IMG/VR virus record: IMGVR_UViG_3300012007_000009
Coordinates: 64,001-128,000 of that record
DNA: 64,000 nucleotides
Source of the DNA: a virus
Lineage: Duplodnaviria; Caudoviricetes
Strand: one strand, 5' to 3'
Position 1 is the stretch's first letter, and every line of letters starts with the position of its first letter. The notes under the pieces were generated by a model, which worked only from the letters and a program-made list of their open reading frames with translations, was not told the DNA's origin and did no database searches. A program made the translations under genes and the position numbers. Shown here piece after piece: positions 16,478-27,000 of this stretch.

Positions 16478-17533
16478 ATGTCCGAAGTAAATCTTGTTTA
16501 CCAGATGTACAACACCTTGTCCAAATCGGACAAGATGCGCTTCATGCAGATGCTCGGCATGCCTCCGCAGATGACCGAAATCATCGACTCATCCACGATG
16601 GAAGAGTTCCTTGACAAGTACCGCTTCCACAATGGCGTGTGCTGCCCGCATTGTGGTCTAGTGGATGTCAAGAAGAACGGCAAGACAAAGACAGGACACC
16701 AGCGGTTTCAATGCAAGGGTTGCGGTAAGTCATTCACCTATGCGACCCGCACCATCTTCCATGGAGCCAAGCTGCCGCTTGACACCTATCTCCGCTATGT
16801 GCATTGCATGATGCACGGTATGACGGTCAGGGCAACGGCTTATGAATGCCATATTTCCAAGAATGCATCCTTCTTCCTCCGTCACAAGATTCTGGATGCT
16901 CTGCAAGAAATGCAGTCCAAGGTGAAACTGGACGGCATCGTGGAAGCGGACGAGACCTTCTTCCGTATTTCATTCAAGGGCAACCATAGTCGGAGCCAGT
17001 TCTTCAGTATGCCCCGTGAGCCTCACATGAGAGGCGAACGCTCCAAAAAGCGTGGTATTTCATTGGAAAAGGTATGTGTGCCGTGTGCGGTCAACCGTGA
17101 CGGCAAGTCCATTGCACAGATTGCGAACTTGGGTCGTGCATCGGTGCGGAGCATTTCCAGCGTGTTCGGTGGTCGTATCTCACCGGATGCGGTTCTCTGC
17201 ACCGACAAGCACAATGCGTATGTAGGGTTTGCAGAGCGGGAAGGCATCAACCTATTGCAGTTAAAATCTACCCAGCGTGTCAGTGGCACGCTGGGTATCC
17301 AGCACATCAACGGCTATCATAGTCAGCTAAAGACATTCATGGAACGCTTCCACGGAGTTGCTACCAAGTATCTCAACAACTACTTGGTATGGCACAATCT
17401 TCGCAACTACGCCGAAGGTGATTTCAACTTCAAGGAATCCGTATGGGAACGCCATAATGCTGAAGCCATCTACGATGACTCAAAGTGGACTTATATGTTC
17501 CGTCCGCCTATTCCTTTGCCGTTGGCGGCATAA
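16478..17533 (+). CDS. IS1595-family transposase (ISPna2-like)
   Basis: Zn ribbon CPHCG...CKGC, HTH, VEADETFF, LCTDK, QHINGYHSQLK, FHGVATKYLNNYLVW; GGAGG RBS before ATG 16478. Confidence 0.92.
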   Translation: MSEVNLVYQMYNTLSKSDKMRFMQMLGMPPQMTEIIDSSTMEEFLDKYRFHNGVCCPHCGLVDVKKNGKTKTGHQRFQCKGCGKSFTYATRTIFHGAKLPLDTYLRYVHCMMHGMTVRATAYECHISKNASFFLRHKILDALQEMQSKVKLDGIVEADETFFRISFKGNHSRSQFFSMPREPHMRGERSKKRGISLEKVCVPCAVNRDGKSIAQIANLGRASVRSISSVFGGRISPDAVLCTDKHNAYVGFAEREGINLLQLKSTQRVSGTLGIQHINGYHSQLKTFMERFHGVATKYLNNYLVWHNLRNYAEGDFNFKESVWERHNAEAIYDDSKWTYMFRPPIPLPLAA

Positions 17534-17575
17534 TTCTGCCGCACTGCTATTTCATCGTCTAGTCCTTATACTAAA

Positions 17576-17893
17576 TCACCATACTGATTCGCAGTAATAT
17601 GTGAATGGATTAAGACTGATTTCTCCACGTGTGTCTTTAATTACCGTGGTATCAGACTTAATTACCTTGGTACCAGACTTATGTACCATTGCCATTTTCT
17701 GGCAATGCCATTCCACCCTATGACCTATCATGTGGTAATCGTACCAACAATCACCAACCTGTCCCTTTCCACGAAAGAAATGGTATAATGTGTCATTGGT
17801 ATTCGGATTCCAAATAGTAAACTTTTTGCAAGTTCCGTCGCCAGCGAGTGAGACTGCTACTCCGATTAGGATAGTCAACAAGACAGCTTTCAT
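17576..17893 (-). CDS. Transposon passenger: small secreted protein
   Basis: Signal-peptide-like MKAVLLTILIGVAVSLA, four cysteines. Confidence 0.65.
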   Translation of the reverse strand: MKAVLLTILIGVAVSLAGDGTCKKFTIWNPNTNDTLYHFFRGKGQVGDCWYDYHMIGHRVEWHCQKMAMVHKSGTKVIKSDTTVIKDTRGEISLNPFTYYCESVW

Positions 17894-18145
17894 TTAGTGT
17901 TCTTCTTTCACTATTCCTTCTTGATGGCGGCCCGTCGTGCTGGCCCGTCGGGCTCCCTCTTCGTCACCATACACTTCGGCCAGCTTCGCCCTGGCATTAA
18001 GGTAAGCCAGGTTGCCCATTTTCTCCATCTTCTCACCTTCCAGAGACGTACTGGTCCAATCGGTTACCGTGCATTCGTTCAGGTCCTTGTCGCCGATGTG
18101 TTCCTTTAACTTAGTGAGCTCGTCAATTATCTTGCTGAGTTTCAT
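17894..18145 (-). CDS. Transposon passenger: hypothetical protein
   Basis: 83 aa, AGGAG RBS. Confidence 0.65.
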   Translation of the reverse strand: MKLSKIIDELTKLKEHIGDKDLNECTVTDWTSTSLEGEKMEKMGNLAYLNARAKLAEVYGDEEGARRASTTGRHQEGIVKEEH

Positions 18146-18205
18146 TAGGTTTCTCCTTTGTTATGGTATACGGTTTCTTATATTGCGTACATAATCTTGC
18201 ACATG

Positions 18206-18634
18206 TTATCCTATAATTTCAGTCCACGCAATAACCTTGTTGTAACAATCACCCTCTTTTGGACGGTAGCCGTAAAAAATGCCGTTATCACCACACAAAA
18301 GCACATTATAGACAGGTGTACCAACTGGTTCGTTATTATCGCTATGGTACATTTGTACTTTACAGAGGAAAACATCCTTTTGATATTCGGCAACCTTGGG
18401 AGCATCTCCACAATCCTTGTATGGATGCCAAATCATCTTGTTGGAGTTATCTTCAAGCATACCTAAATGCTCTCTATACATCTGAAGCTGACAGAGTTTT
18501 AGGTTTCGGTTAATGCAGTCATCGGACAACACATATTCCAAATCCTTGATTTCGTTTTTAAGCCACTCAATCTTTCGCTCGGTGGTTTTTAGTCTGTTAG
18601 CATTCATATCTAGTTGATTGGTTTCCGTAGTCAT
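18206..18634 (-). CDS. Transposon passenger: phage-like hypothetical protein
   Basis: GAGG RBS; coiled coil then WHPY...P...VIAW, a DUF551-like pattern. Confidence 0.65.
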   Translation of the reverse strand: MTTETNQLDMNANRLKTTERKIEWLKNEIKDLEYVLSDDCINRNLKLCQLQMYREHLGMLEDNSNKMIWHPYKDCGDAPKVAEYQKDVFLCKVQMYHSDNNEPVGTPVYNVLLCGDNGIFYGYRPKEGDCYNKVIAWTEIIG

Positions 18635-18674
18635 AGCTTTACCTCACTTGTTAAACTACCTGTTAAATTATATT

Positions 18675-19034
18675 TTATACCTTGCTTGCGGCAATATCGC
18701 CAGCAAATTCTGTAGGGAATAGTCGATACATAATGTATTCCTTCAGCACTGGTTGATTGTCAATTAGCTCATATACCGAATTGATATGATGCAGTGCATC
18801 AGTTACATTCTTGGCTATGCCGTCCAGATGGTTTGCGCCCAACCGCTTAGGCAGAATACCGTACACATTGATATAAAGGTCACCGCCATCTTTCACCGTT
18901 ATCAAGTGTTCCTGACCGGAATATGTAATCCGCACCTCCTTTGAGTCTGGTGCAACGGAAATGCATTCGGCCTTGCCAAGGTCAAAAGATTCACGCTTGA
19001 TTCCATATACCCTCACGAGCTTTGCAGTAATCAT
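18675..19034 (-). CDS. Transposon passenger: hypothetical protein
   Basis: GGAGG RBS before ATG 19034. Confidence 0.65.
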   Translation of the reverse strand: MITAKLVRVYGIKRESFDLGKAECISVAPDSKEVRITYSGQEHLITVKDGGDLYINVYGILPKRLGANHLDGIAKNVTDALHHINSVYELIDNQPVLKEYIMYRLFPTEFAGDIAASKV

Positions 19035-19036
19035 TG

Positions 19037-19729
19037 TTACCTCCATAACGCTTCAATCCGTTCCTTTACATCCGTCCACTTATCAGATATAGCAAGATAG
19101 TCCTTATTTTTCTCCGTAGCCAAATCATTATGATGCTGCAATCTTGCCATAGCACCATAGTAATTTTCAGCATACGTGGCTATTTGACGGGTTTTCCGCA
19201 GGCTATCTTGTTTCATATTCCGTAATTGTTCATCTTGACACCTTATTACTTGCTTGTATGCCTCGGTATCGTGAAAAAGGGAGTCACGTTCCGAAATGAG
19301 CCGGGCATTTTCTTCCTTCAATGCGGTAATTTCGGTATCTTTATTTGTCTTCAGTATATCCATAGCCACCAACTCGCCCTGCTTCTCTGTCAACGATGCT
19401 TCGAGTTGTTCAACTTTGTGTTCCAGATAGGCTATATACTTCTCTTGCGGTACTGGATGCTCCGTATCATACAGGTCAACAAATTGGTTGGCACCAAGCC
19501 ACGGGCTCTCGCTCGTTCCATCCAGTACGATTGCATCTACGGTCTCTTCGTGAGGATGCAGAATATATCCTTCACCATAGGGCTCAATCGTACACACGTT
19601 TACCCCAAGATGTAGGTCGTCAACGGACAACTTGTTATCCGTCAATGTGAAGGTGTACCTATCGTTATACCCTTCTTCGAACGCTAGCCGTAAGCTAGAT
19701 TCAATAGCGTCTAATGACCATTCCATCAC
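19037..19729 (-). CDS. Transposon passenger: coiled-coil protein
   Basis: 230 aa, heptad-rich C-terminal half, coupled to neighbours. Confidence 0.7.
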   Translation of the reverse strand: MMEWSLDAIESSLRLAFEEGYNDRYTFTLTDNKLSVDDLHLGVNVCTIEPYGEGYILHPHEETVDAIVLDGTSESPWLGANQFVDLYDTEHPVPQEKYIAYLEHKVEQLEASLTEKQGELVAMDILKTNKDTEITALKEENARLISERDSLFHDTEAYKQVIRCQDEQLRNMKQDSLRKTRQIATYAENYYGAMARLQHHNDLATEKNKDYLAISDKWTDVKERIEALWR

Positions 19730-19935
19730 GTTGACTCCACTTTTATCGTTCCGTTGAACCCCATCTCACGGATGTCTTTTTCAAGTTGATTTGCAGACAT
19801 CCAGAAGTTTCTTGTATAGCCACGACCGAGGACATAGGCGTAGAAACGGTCACAGTCTTTTGCAATATGAATTTCGTCATCATACTTTTGTGCGTTTTCA
19901 ATCACTTCAATCAGTAGAATCGGTTGCGTCATCAT
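19726..19935 (-). CDS. Transposon passenger: hypothetical protein
   Basis: 69 aa, GAGG RBS. Confidence 0.6.
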   Translation of the reverse strand: MMTQPILLIEVIENAQKYDDEIHIAKDCDRFYAYVLGRGYTRNFWMSANQLEKDIREMGFNGTIKVEST

Positions 19936-19988
19936 CTTTTAATCCTCTTTTATATCCGTTCGTTTATCCTCAAACTCGGTCCCGGTTC

Positions 19989-20594
19989 CTACGCAATGTT
20001 TACTGTGAGCGATGCCATAGTCTCATTAGAACGAGGGTCAACATAGGCAACAACTGCCGTCTTCGTTCCGTTGAGGTTAGCATCACGCACAACCTTGATG
20101 ACTCCGTTTATAATACCGCACCTATCCTCCGCATCGCTCGATGCGAACCAGTCCTGACAAGGAAGCGTCTTCAACTCTTCCTCGGTGTCTGTACCGATGT
20201 AGACAACGTTGCCACAATACTTACACTGCTTTTGAAGCTCGGAGGAAGCGTAGCCCAACTTATACACCACATACAAGGGATGGTTCTCCTTACACACGCA
20301 AGGCACAATTTTGTCAAACTTCGCATCAAAATTATCGTCGGTAGGGTTAGCTGTCGTTTTCGGTGAATATCCCCACATTCCGTTCTCTTCGCACTCTTCG
20401 TATCCCAACTTCTTCAGGATATACTCGCAACCGGCGGTGAACACATCGGGTACTTCTACCGCCAGATGCTCCATTCCGTCACTGCCTTCCACCAGACACT
20501 CTTCCTCACGGAGAATACGCTGGATTTCCTGGCGGCTCGGAATGAAATTGTCATCAAGTTCAGTTGGAAATTGCGGATTGAATGAGTCACTCAT
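19989..20594 (-). CDS. Transposon passenger: Cys-containing hypothetical protein
   Basis: TAAGGAG RBS before ATG 20594; CVCKENH and CKYC motifs; TGCTATATT promoter at 20648-20656. Confidence 0.7.
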   Translation of the reverse strand: MSDSFNPQFPTELDDNFIPSRQEIQRILREEECLVEGSDGMEHLAVEVPDVFTAGCEYILKKLGYEECEENGMWGYSPKTTANPTDDNFDAKFDKIVPCVCKENHPLYVVYKLGYASSELQKQCKYCGNVVYIGTDTEEELKTLPCQDWFASSDAEDRCGIINGVIKVVRDANLNGTKTAVVAYVDPRSNETMASLTVNIA

Positions 20595-20743
20595 AGTTAT
20601 CTCCTTATCTAATTTACTCACCCAATAAACTACATTTTTTCAATACAAATATAGCAATTTATGGGGTCTGTGGGTTAAATGCTGTTTTTAGCCAATTTTG
20701 ACCATTTTTATCGGCCAGCAACACTTTGGGTGGACATAGCCTT

Positions 20744-21658
20744 TTAAATCTGCTTGCTCGAAAGCAGGTCAACCATGTTCAGCATGCTCGACCAGGTTCC
20801 ACCGACACTCATAACAGGGATTAGGAACACGTGATGTCCCTGGAACTCCACCTTGGTCCACCTGAACTTCAGGTTGTTCGGAAGTTCAAACGGGCGGTTG
20901 GCTATCAGGACGAAGGGCCTGAATGTCCTGTCCTTCTCGCGGTCTATCACGACAGCGTCATCGAACTCAACAATCGCCTGGTTTGTCTTCGGGTCGACGG
21001 ACTTCACGACGACGGACGGCCTCTTCCCGAGCTCTATGTTGACCAGGGCCGCCCCGTTCAGCCGGCTGAACATGTTCCTCCGGTCATCCCGCATGACCTG
21101 GAGGTACTCGTGCAGGTCGAGGTACCCGACCATCTGGTGCTTCACCGGACGGTTCGCCTGGTGCCATATCCCCCACATATACCTGGCGATGACGGGTTGG
21201 AACAATGCACCCTTGTCTGCGCCGAGGTTCGCCATCAAATTGTATATCCCAGGAATATCCTTCATCAGCTCTGTACATGTGGTCAACTTTCTGTCGGCCT
21301 TGTCGGAGAAAGTGTTCCTCCCGGGAATTCCCTTGAACTTCCCGGTGAATACGTACCTATCGAAATCGAACCTGGGGGAATTGAACGAGTTGAGCGCGTT
21401 GCACACGTCGGTGCCTTCCCTGCTCTTGATGGGAACCCGGTCGGGAAGCGCGTACACCTCCACGGTCTCCCCCACCATCTTCCACGCATCCAGGGTAACG
21501 CCGCAGTCGGTAGTGTACTTCGCCTTGCTTATGGTGGCGTGCGGCTCGGGTTTCCCGTGAATGTCGCACAGGCCCATGGACTCGCCGAGCACTATGTGGC
21601 CGGCGTCGATGTCCGGCATGTACACCACCTGGGTCTTCCCCATGTGCTGGAGTATCAT
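20744..21658 (-). CDS. Hypothetical protein (late operon)
   Basis: ATG 21658 overlaps upstream stop (ATGA); its TAA lies inside the transposon TSD. Confidence 0.7.
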   Translation of the reverse strand: MILQHMGKTQVVYMPDIDAGHIVLGESMGLCDIHGKPEPHATISKAKYTTDCGVTLDAWKMVGETVEVYALPDRVPIKSREGTDVCNALNSFNSPRFDFDRYVFTGKFKGIPGRNTFSDKADRKLTTCTELMKDIPGIYNLMANLGADKGALFQPVIARYMWGIWHQANRPVKHQMVGYLDLHEYLQVMRDDRRNMFSRLNGAALVNIELGKRPSVVVKSVDPKTNQAIVEFDDAVVIDREKDRTFRPFVLIANRPFELPNNLKFRWTKVEFQGHHVFLIPVMSVGGTWSSMLNMVDLLSSKQI

Positions 21659-24060
21659 ACTACGCGGCCCCTGTTCTTGAAAGGAATAGTTATCGTCTGC
21701 ACTTCGCCCGCGGGCACTATGACGCCGAGTATAAGGTAGATGCCGTTGGGACCGACATCCTCCACGCTGCACTGCTCGTACACCAGCCTAATCCTGGGCT
21801 CGTATTCCTGAATGGCGGCGAAGCACTCCTGCAGTATGTCGTTCTGGTACCCGCCGGTGCGTAGACTGAATATGCGCTCCTCGATGTTGGTACCGAATTC
21901 GGGGTTGAACAGCCGTTCGCCCTTCCGGGTGAGAAGGCAGCTGTACAGGTTCTGTATCATGCTGTTCTCGTCGGTAATCTCGGTGAATCCCTTGTAGCCG
22001 AAATCTCTGTTGTACGAGGCGCTTCGGCTTACATTGGCATCTATTACGCCGGGTTTCATCCGGTCGTTGAGCTTGACCACCCTGGGGACCACCACCAGGG
22101 CGTTGACGGTCGCGGTTTCGCTGCACGGTTCGGCAACCCCGGGAACCCAGTCGGAATTAGTGGGCTTCTTCATCACGGTCAGGCTTATGTTGCCGCCATA
22201 TCCCCGGGGCATCTCGAAAGTGAGCGTGGACCCGTCGTTCGTCCTGACCGGCACCCACTTTGCGGGGTCATCCTCGTTGCCGAGGCGCACCCGCATGTTA
22301 CCGGCAAGGAAATCGAACGAGGCGCTGTTCATCGACATCACGGAAACTACGTCGCCCGGGCTTATGACATCGGGCATGACCTTGACAGGGATGGGCACGA
22401 ACTCGCCGGAGTCCTCGCCGGCGGCGTACGTTATCCTGAAGCATGGCGTGCCCGGCCCTTCGGCCCCGAGCAGGACCTCGGCCCCGGTACGTCCATACAG
22501 GGTGAAGGCGAGCGACACCGGCCTACCGGTTGCGCACCACTTCTCGCTGGTGGACGAGGGTACCTCGAAGGTAAACACCCGGGCCTGGCTCTCGTAATCG
22601 CAGGTCTGCTCGTCCCCCTCGTCTGACTGTATGGGCATGCGGGCCAACGGGATGGCCGAAATCTTCTTGCTGACCGCAGTTGCGTTGTCGCCGGTATCCC
22701 AGAAACTGTCGGCAAGGGGAGACATGCATATGTCAGTGAGCACCTCGGTGCTGGCCTTGACCAGAACCTCCACCAGGAACTTCCTTCCCGTTCCCCCCTC
22801 GGCGGCTACCGGCGGGTTGAACTTTATGACGGCGAATTTCCCGTCGCAAACCGCAATCGTGCTACCGTCGACCCCGCCCCCCTTGTCCGGGTTGGCCAAG
22901 TCGAACGCCCCGTACAGTGACGGGTAGAGTATGACGGCTTCGTTCTCGATGGTGGAACCGTTGTTCACGCTCGGCTCGGTCGTGGCGTTCCTGGCGGGAG
23001 CCTTGAGAGTTCTACGGAGAAGCTTCTTGGTGGATACGGGAGGTTCCCGTTCCGGGTAAGGGCCGTAATTCGCCGGGACATCCTTGGCCGGCGTCCTGGG
23101 CGCGTAGGCGATTGAATCTATATCCAGCCCAAGGGCTATGTTCCTGCTGCGGCACACGAACGCATTGGCCGCGCCGCCATTCGCCGGCCTGATGTCGATT
23201 ACCGCGTTGGCTACTACGGTGGAGCCTCCCCTGCAGAGGGTAATCCTGTCCCCGTTCTTGAACGTATGTGCCGGCCATATGACGACCGCTTCGGACATTC
23301 CCGCGATGGCAGTTTTATCAACAAGATATTCACAAGTTATCCACTTTGTAGCAACAGCTAATTCACAATTCTCGTATTTAGTCGTCTGACAGCCGAACCC
23401 CGTGAAGAACCTGGTCCTGTAGGTGAACGAATTGTCCGCGGTCACCGAAACTCGGTAGGTCCCGTTGAACCTCTCCCCGGCAACGCCGCATGAATGGTCG
23501 GTCCTGGGAAACCCGCTCATGGTGACGGCATCGCCGTCGGCAAACCCGTGGTTTCCGCGGGTGACTACCGTCACCGTACCGGTAACCGGGTCGTATTCGG
23601 CGGACTCAATCGATACCGGCGGCAGCCTGCGTTCGATAAGCACGTTGACCGGTATGTTTCCCGAGGAATAAGTCCCGTTCAGCTTCGATTCACCGGAGAG
23701 CCTTACCGTTCTTCCCGAGGAATCCATGAACTCCAGCGAATGCTCGTACGTGTCCCCCGAGAACTCGCACACCACCTCCAGGTTGAAGGAGGAGTCGTGG
23801 GTCGAACCGGTAGTGTCGTTGTATGGGCGGCGGAACACCCCGTTCCAGTCATCGTAGGTCACCGTATCGCACGGGTTGGACGGTACCGCGTACACCCCGG
23901 TACCCGTGGCCGATGTGAGGTCGTTCATGCCGTCATACCTGAAGAATAGCCTGGCCCTGTACTCGCCCGGGTCTGGAACGTTGCCGGACATGCGCAGAGC
24001 GAAGACGTAATTCCCGGTATCCCCGGTATAGCCTGACATTTCCTCGATAACATTCAGCAT
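21655..24060 (-). CDS. Large protein with C-terminal gp25-like baseplate wedge domain
   Basis: MIQNLYSCLLTRKGERLFNPEFGT...IQEYEPRI is the gp25 signature; N-terminal part is beta-rich (NHGFADGDAVTMSG...FNGTY). Confidence 0.8.
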   Translation of the reverse strand: MLNVIEEMSGYTGDTGNYVFALRMSGNVPDPGEYRARLFFRYDGMNDLTSATGTGVYAVPSNPCDTVTYDDWNGVFRRPYNDTTGSTHDSSFNLEVVCEFSGDTYEHSLEFMDSSGRTVRLSGESKLNGTYSSGNIPVNVLIERRLPPVSIESAEYDPVTGTVTVVTRGNHGFADGDAVTMSGFPRTDHSCGVAGERFNGTYRVSVTADNSFTYRTRFFTGFGCQTTKYENCELAVATKWITCEYLVDKTAIAGMSEAVVIWPAHTFKNGDRITLCRGGSTVVANAVIDIRPANGGAANAFVCRSRNIALGLDIDSIAYAPRTPAKDVPANYGPYPEREPPVSTKKLLRRTLKAPARNATTEPSVNNGSTIENEAVILYPSLYGAFDLANPDKGGGVDGSTIAVCDGKFAVIKFNPPVAAEGGTGRKFLVEVLVKASTEVLTDICMSPLADSFWDTGDNATAVSKKISAIPLARMPIQSDEGDEQTCDYESQARVFTFEVPSSTSEKWCATGRPVSLAFTLYGRTGAEVLLGAEGPGTPCFRITYAAGEDSGEFVPIPVKVMPDVISPGDVVSVMSMNSASFDFLAGNMRVRLGNEDDPAKWVPVRTNDGSTLTFEMPRGYGGNISLTVMKKPTNSDWVPGVAEPCSETATVNALVVVPRVVKLNDRMKPGVIDANVSRSASYNRDFGYKGFTEITDENSMIQNLYSCLLTRKGERLFNPEFGTNIEERIFSLRTGGYQNDILQECFAAIQEYEPRIRLVYEQCSVEDVGPNGIYLILGVIVPAGEVQTITIPFKNRGRVV
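23315..23367 (+). repeat. Five DnaA-box-like 9-mers at exact 11-bp period
   Basis: TTATCAACA 23315, ATATTCACA 23326, TTATCCACT 23337, GTAGCAACA 23348, TAATTCACA 23359. Confidence 0.65.
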
Positions 24061-24072
24061 ATCAATCTAATC

Positions 24073-27000
24073 CTACGCAATTTCGTTGAACCGGAGGAAA
24101 CTCGTGCCCCTCAGTGTATCATATATGCTGTCCAGCCTGTCTATGATACCCGGGTCATCCGATAAGCCGACTCCGGCTGCGCCGTAGAAGCCCAACCTAG
24201 AATCGTAGTCCCTGTCGACCGAGTCCATGTTCTTGGGTACTCCCCCTAGCAGGCACATCAGTTCGTCCAGGGCAACCCCGCCATCGCCGACGTCGTAGCC
24301 CACGATGGCGTTCACCACGTCCTGCCCGTACTCGGACCACAACTCGTCAAGCGGTTGCCACTTCCCGAATATGTCGGGAATCCCGGACATCATGTCGTCC
24401 CCGTTGCCGAGAGCCGAGTAATTCGCCTCCCTGAGGGCGATGCAGATGTACAGGAGTGACAGAAGGAGGAGAAGGGCCTCGCTGCGGTCGCCATACTTGA
24501 TATACTCATCCCGAATCCAGACACTCACATCGGCAGGCGACTCGTCCATTACACGGAAATCTGCACTACGCAGCGCATCGTACTCTTCCGGGGAAAGCGT
24601 ATCGTCGCCACACTTCCTTATCCATGCATGGGCATTGAGATAGGCGGGCTTTGAAGCAAGGCACTCCTCGTATTTACGCAGCCGTTTACGCAACACCGAC
24701 GCCGGGACGTCCATATCGGCACTGCCGGCCTTTCCCACTTCTTCCGGAGGAACCAGCCTGCCTTTCCCGGCACCATTGGCATCGAATATGGACGAAGCCA
24801 TGAATCGGAGGACACACCACTCGTAGAACTCTGGCTCGTTGGACCTGTCGGGCGGTTCATCGGAACCTGCCTCTATAATGGCCTCACGGGAGCCATACTT
24901 TTCCTTGATGTACCTGAATACTTGGTTGATTACGGGCGCAGTGGTGACATCCGCGTTGTGCTTCTTGGCCATGCTGGCCAGGAACTTCTTCACGAAGGCG
25001 AACACCTCGGCAGGGCTGCACTTGCCAGCCTCCGACGAAATGCCTTCGGTCACCGCCCCGTTTGCGATGGTTTCCTTCACCAGGGTTGCCAGGTTCACGC
25101 TGGGCATCAGCTTCATCAGGTCGCCGTTGTCGTAGTCGCCGCTTTTCAGCTTCCGCTTTATCGCGTCCACGCTGTCGATTCCGGTCTCGAATGTATCGAA
25201 CCATTTCAGCATGGCATCGAGCATCTTCCACAGGAACTGCCTCCTGATGCCGTACTTTATCGGACTCTCGCTGGCATCGATTTCCTCGGCTTTCTGTTTC
25301 GCGTAATATTTCCATACGGCCAGGATGCTGTCGCCCACCAGGTCCCTGTCCTCCGGCGTGATATCTATGCTGATGTTGAGCCCTTCCGCCGTCAGTCCCG
25401 ACTCCACACCGAATTCATGGAAGCAATCCGACACTTTCTCGAGGACCGAGGAGAAGAACTTTGCCTTTTCCGCATGGTCCGCATCCTCGGAAGGTATGTC
25501 TTCCTTGCTGAAACCGAGTCTCCCGTAGAACGGCGTAATGTCGTCGTTCACCCTGAGGTAAGTATCGACATATGCCGCGACCGCGTCGAACTGGACATTA
25601 CCGGAATCGGCATCCGCATTTATCGCGCCGTGCCCGGATGAAATTTTTGCCATGGCGCTGTTCGACATATCGTCATCCGACTCGTAATCCGTGTGCTGCA
25701 GCTCGTCGCCGCGGACGGTCGGGCCGGTTTCCGACTGTATGAACCCGAAGAGCGGCTCGGGTGGCGGGGTGACGACTTTCAACTGACCGTCGACAAAGCT
25801 GTTCTTCTTGCCTTGCTGGGCAGTGTAATCACCGTGCAGCAGTTCCGCTATGCTGGGGGAATCGAACGTGTACATCGTGCTCTTCGTATCCGAAAGCATG
25901 CGGTCCAAGTCGGAGCACGCGTCGTCGAGCACACCCTTCTCCGCCACGGTCCCGTTCTTGAGCAACTTGATGTTCCTGCCGTCTCGGATACGACCCAGCT
26001 CCTTCCGGAGCAGCTCCGCGCAATTCCTGGACATCGTGACCCCGGTCTCGATATCCTTCGGGACGGTGATGAAGCAGGAATGCGCGATATACTTGTCTCC
26101 GACTTTCGTCAGCGTGGGGGATACGTGGTATTTCTTCTTGAAATTACTGTTGCCCATGAATATCAGTTCGGCAGCCAGCTTGTCCGCGGTAAGCCCGTGG
26201 GCCTTCAGCCTGGCGATTGCCGCGGAATTCCTGCTATCCATGCTGTCGTCGCTCATGACGGAAAGTACGCCCTTCACCAGGTCATACGGCGCCGCGTATA
26301 CCGAGCCCGTCTTGGTACTGGGATATGTATACCCGGCCAGCTTCATTTCCGCACGGTCAATGCTTTCGTCGGAAGCCATTGCCTTGGACCTGGAAGCGGT
26401 CGCGCGCACCTGGTTCGACTTGGCCTTCATGTCGGGAGCATCCAGGGTATATCCCCTGTACAGGTCGCCGGCCAGCCTAGGCTTTCCCCCGGTCGTGCCC
26501 ATGATGTGGGAATTCACTTCCCTGGCGACCTTGGCCATCGTATCCCGTTCGAACAGGTTCACTAGCTTGTCTGGGTTCTGCAGTATGTACATGTAGGCAT
26601 TCTTGCCCATGCTCAGGTAGGCGAGGGACGCCAGCGTCTCTATGGTCAGGGGGTTCTCGGGCAACCCGGGAGGCACGCAGTCGGCATCGTGGGCCGCTAT
26701 GCCGAGCCGCTCCATGTTTTCCCAGTCAATCTGCGATGGCGCCTTCGCATATTCATCGCATTCGAACCCGGATTTAAGTTCTTCCAGCCGCTGCCTAACG
26801 TCGGCATTTTCCATGGCTTCCGGGAACGCCTCGTATGCGGCGACAACGGATTCCTTAATCCGGCTTGCCTCGTTCACCCTGACATTCCATTCATTGTCGA
26901 ACTGTTCCCTGGCAATCTTCTTGGCCCTGGCCTCGGGCGAGGCCCCATATTCCCGCCTGTCCTTCGTCGTACCGCCATTGGGGCGTTTCTTGGGAGGCTC

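Larger units (their letters stand above)
16318..20741 (+). mobile_element. IS1595-family transposon with passenger genes
   Basis: Perfect 25-bp TIR GGCTATGTCCACCCAAAGTGTTGCT (16318-16342; inverse 20717-20741), 8-bp TSD TTTTAAAT (16310-16317 and 20742-20749), transposase inside. Confidence 0.95.
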
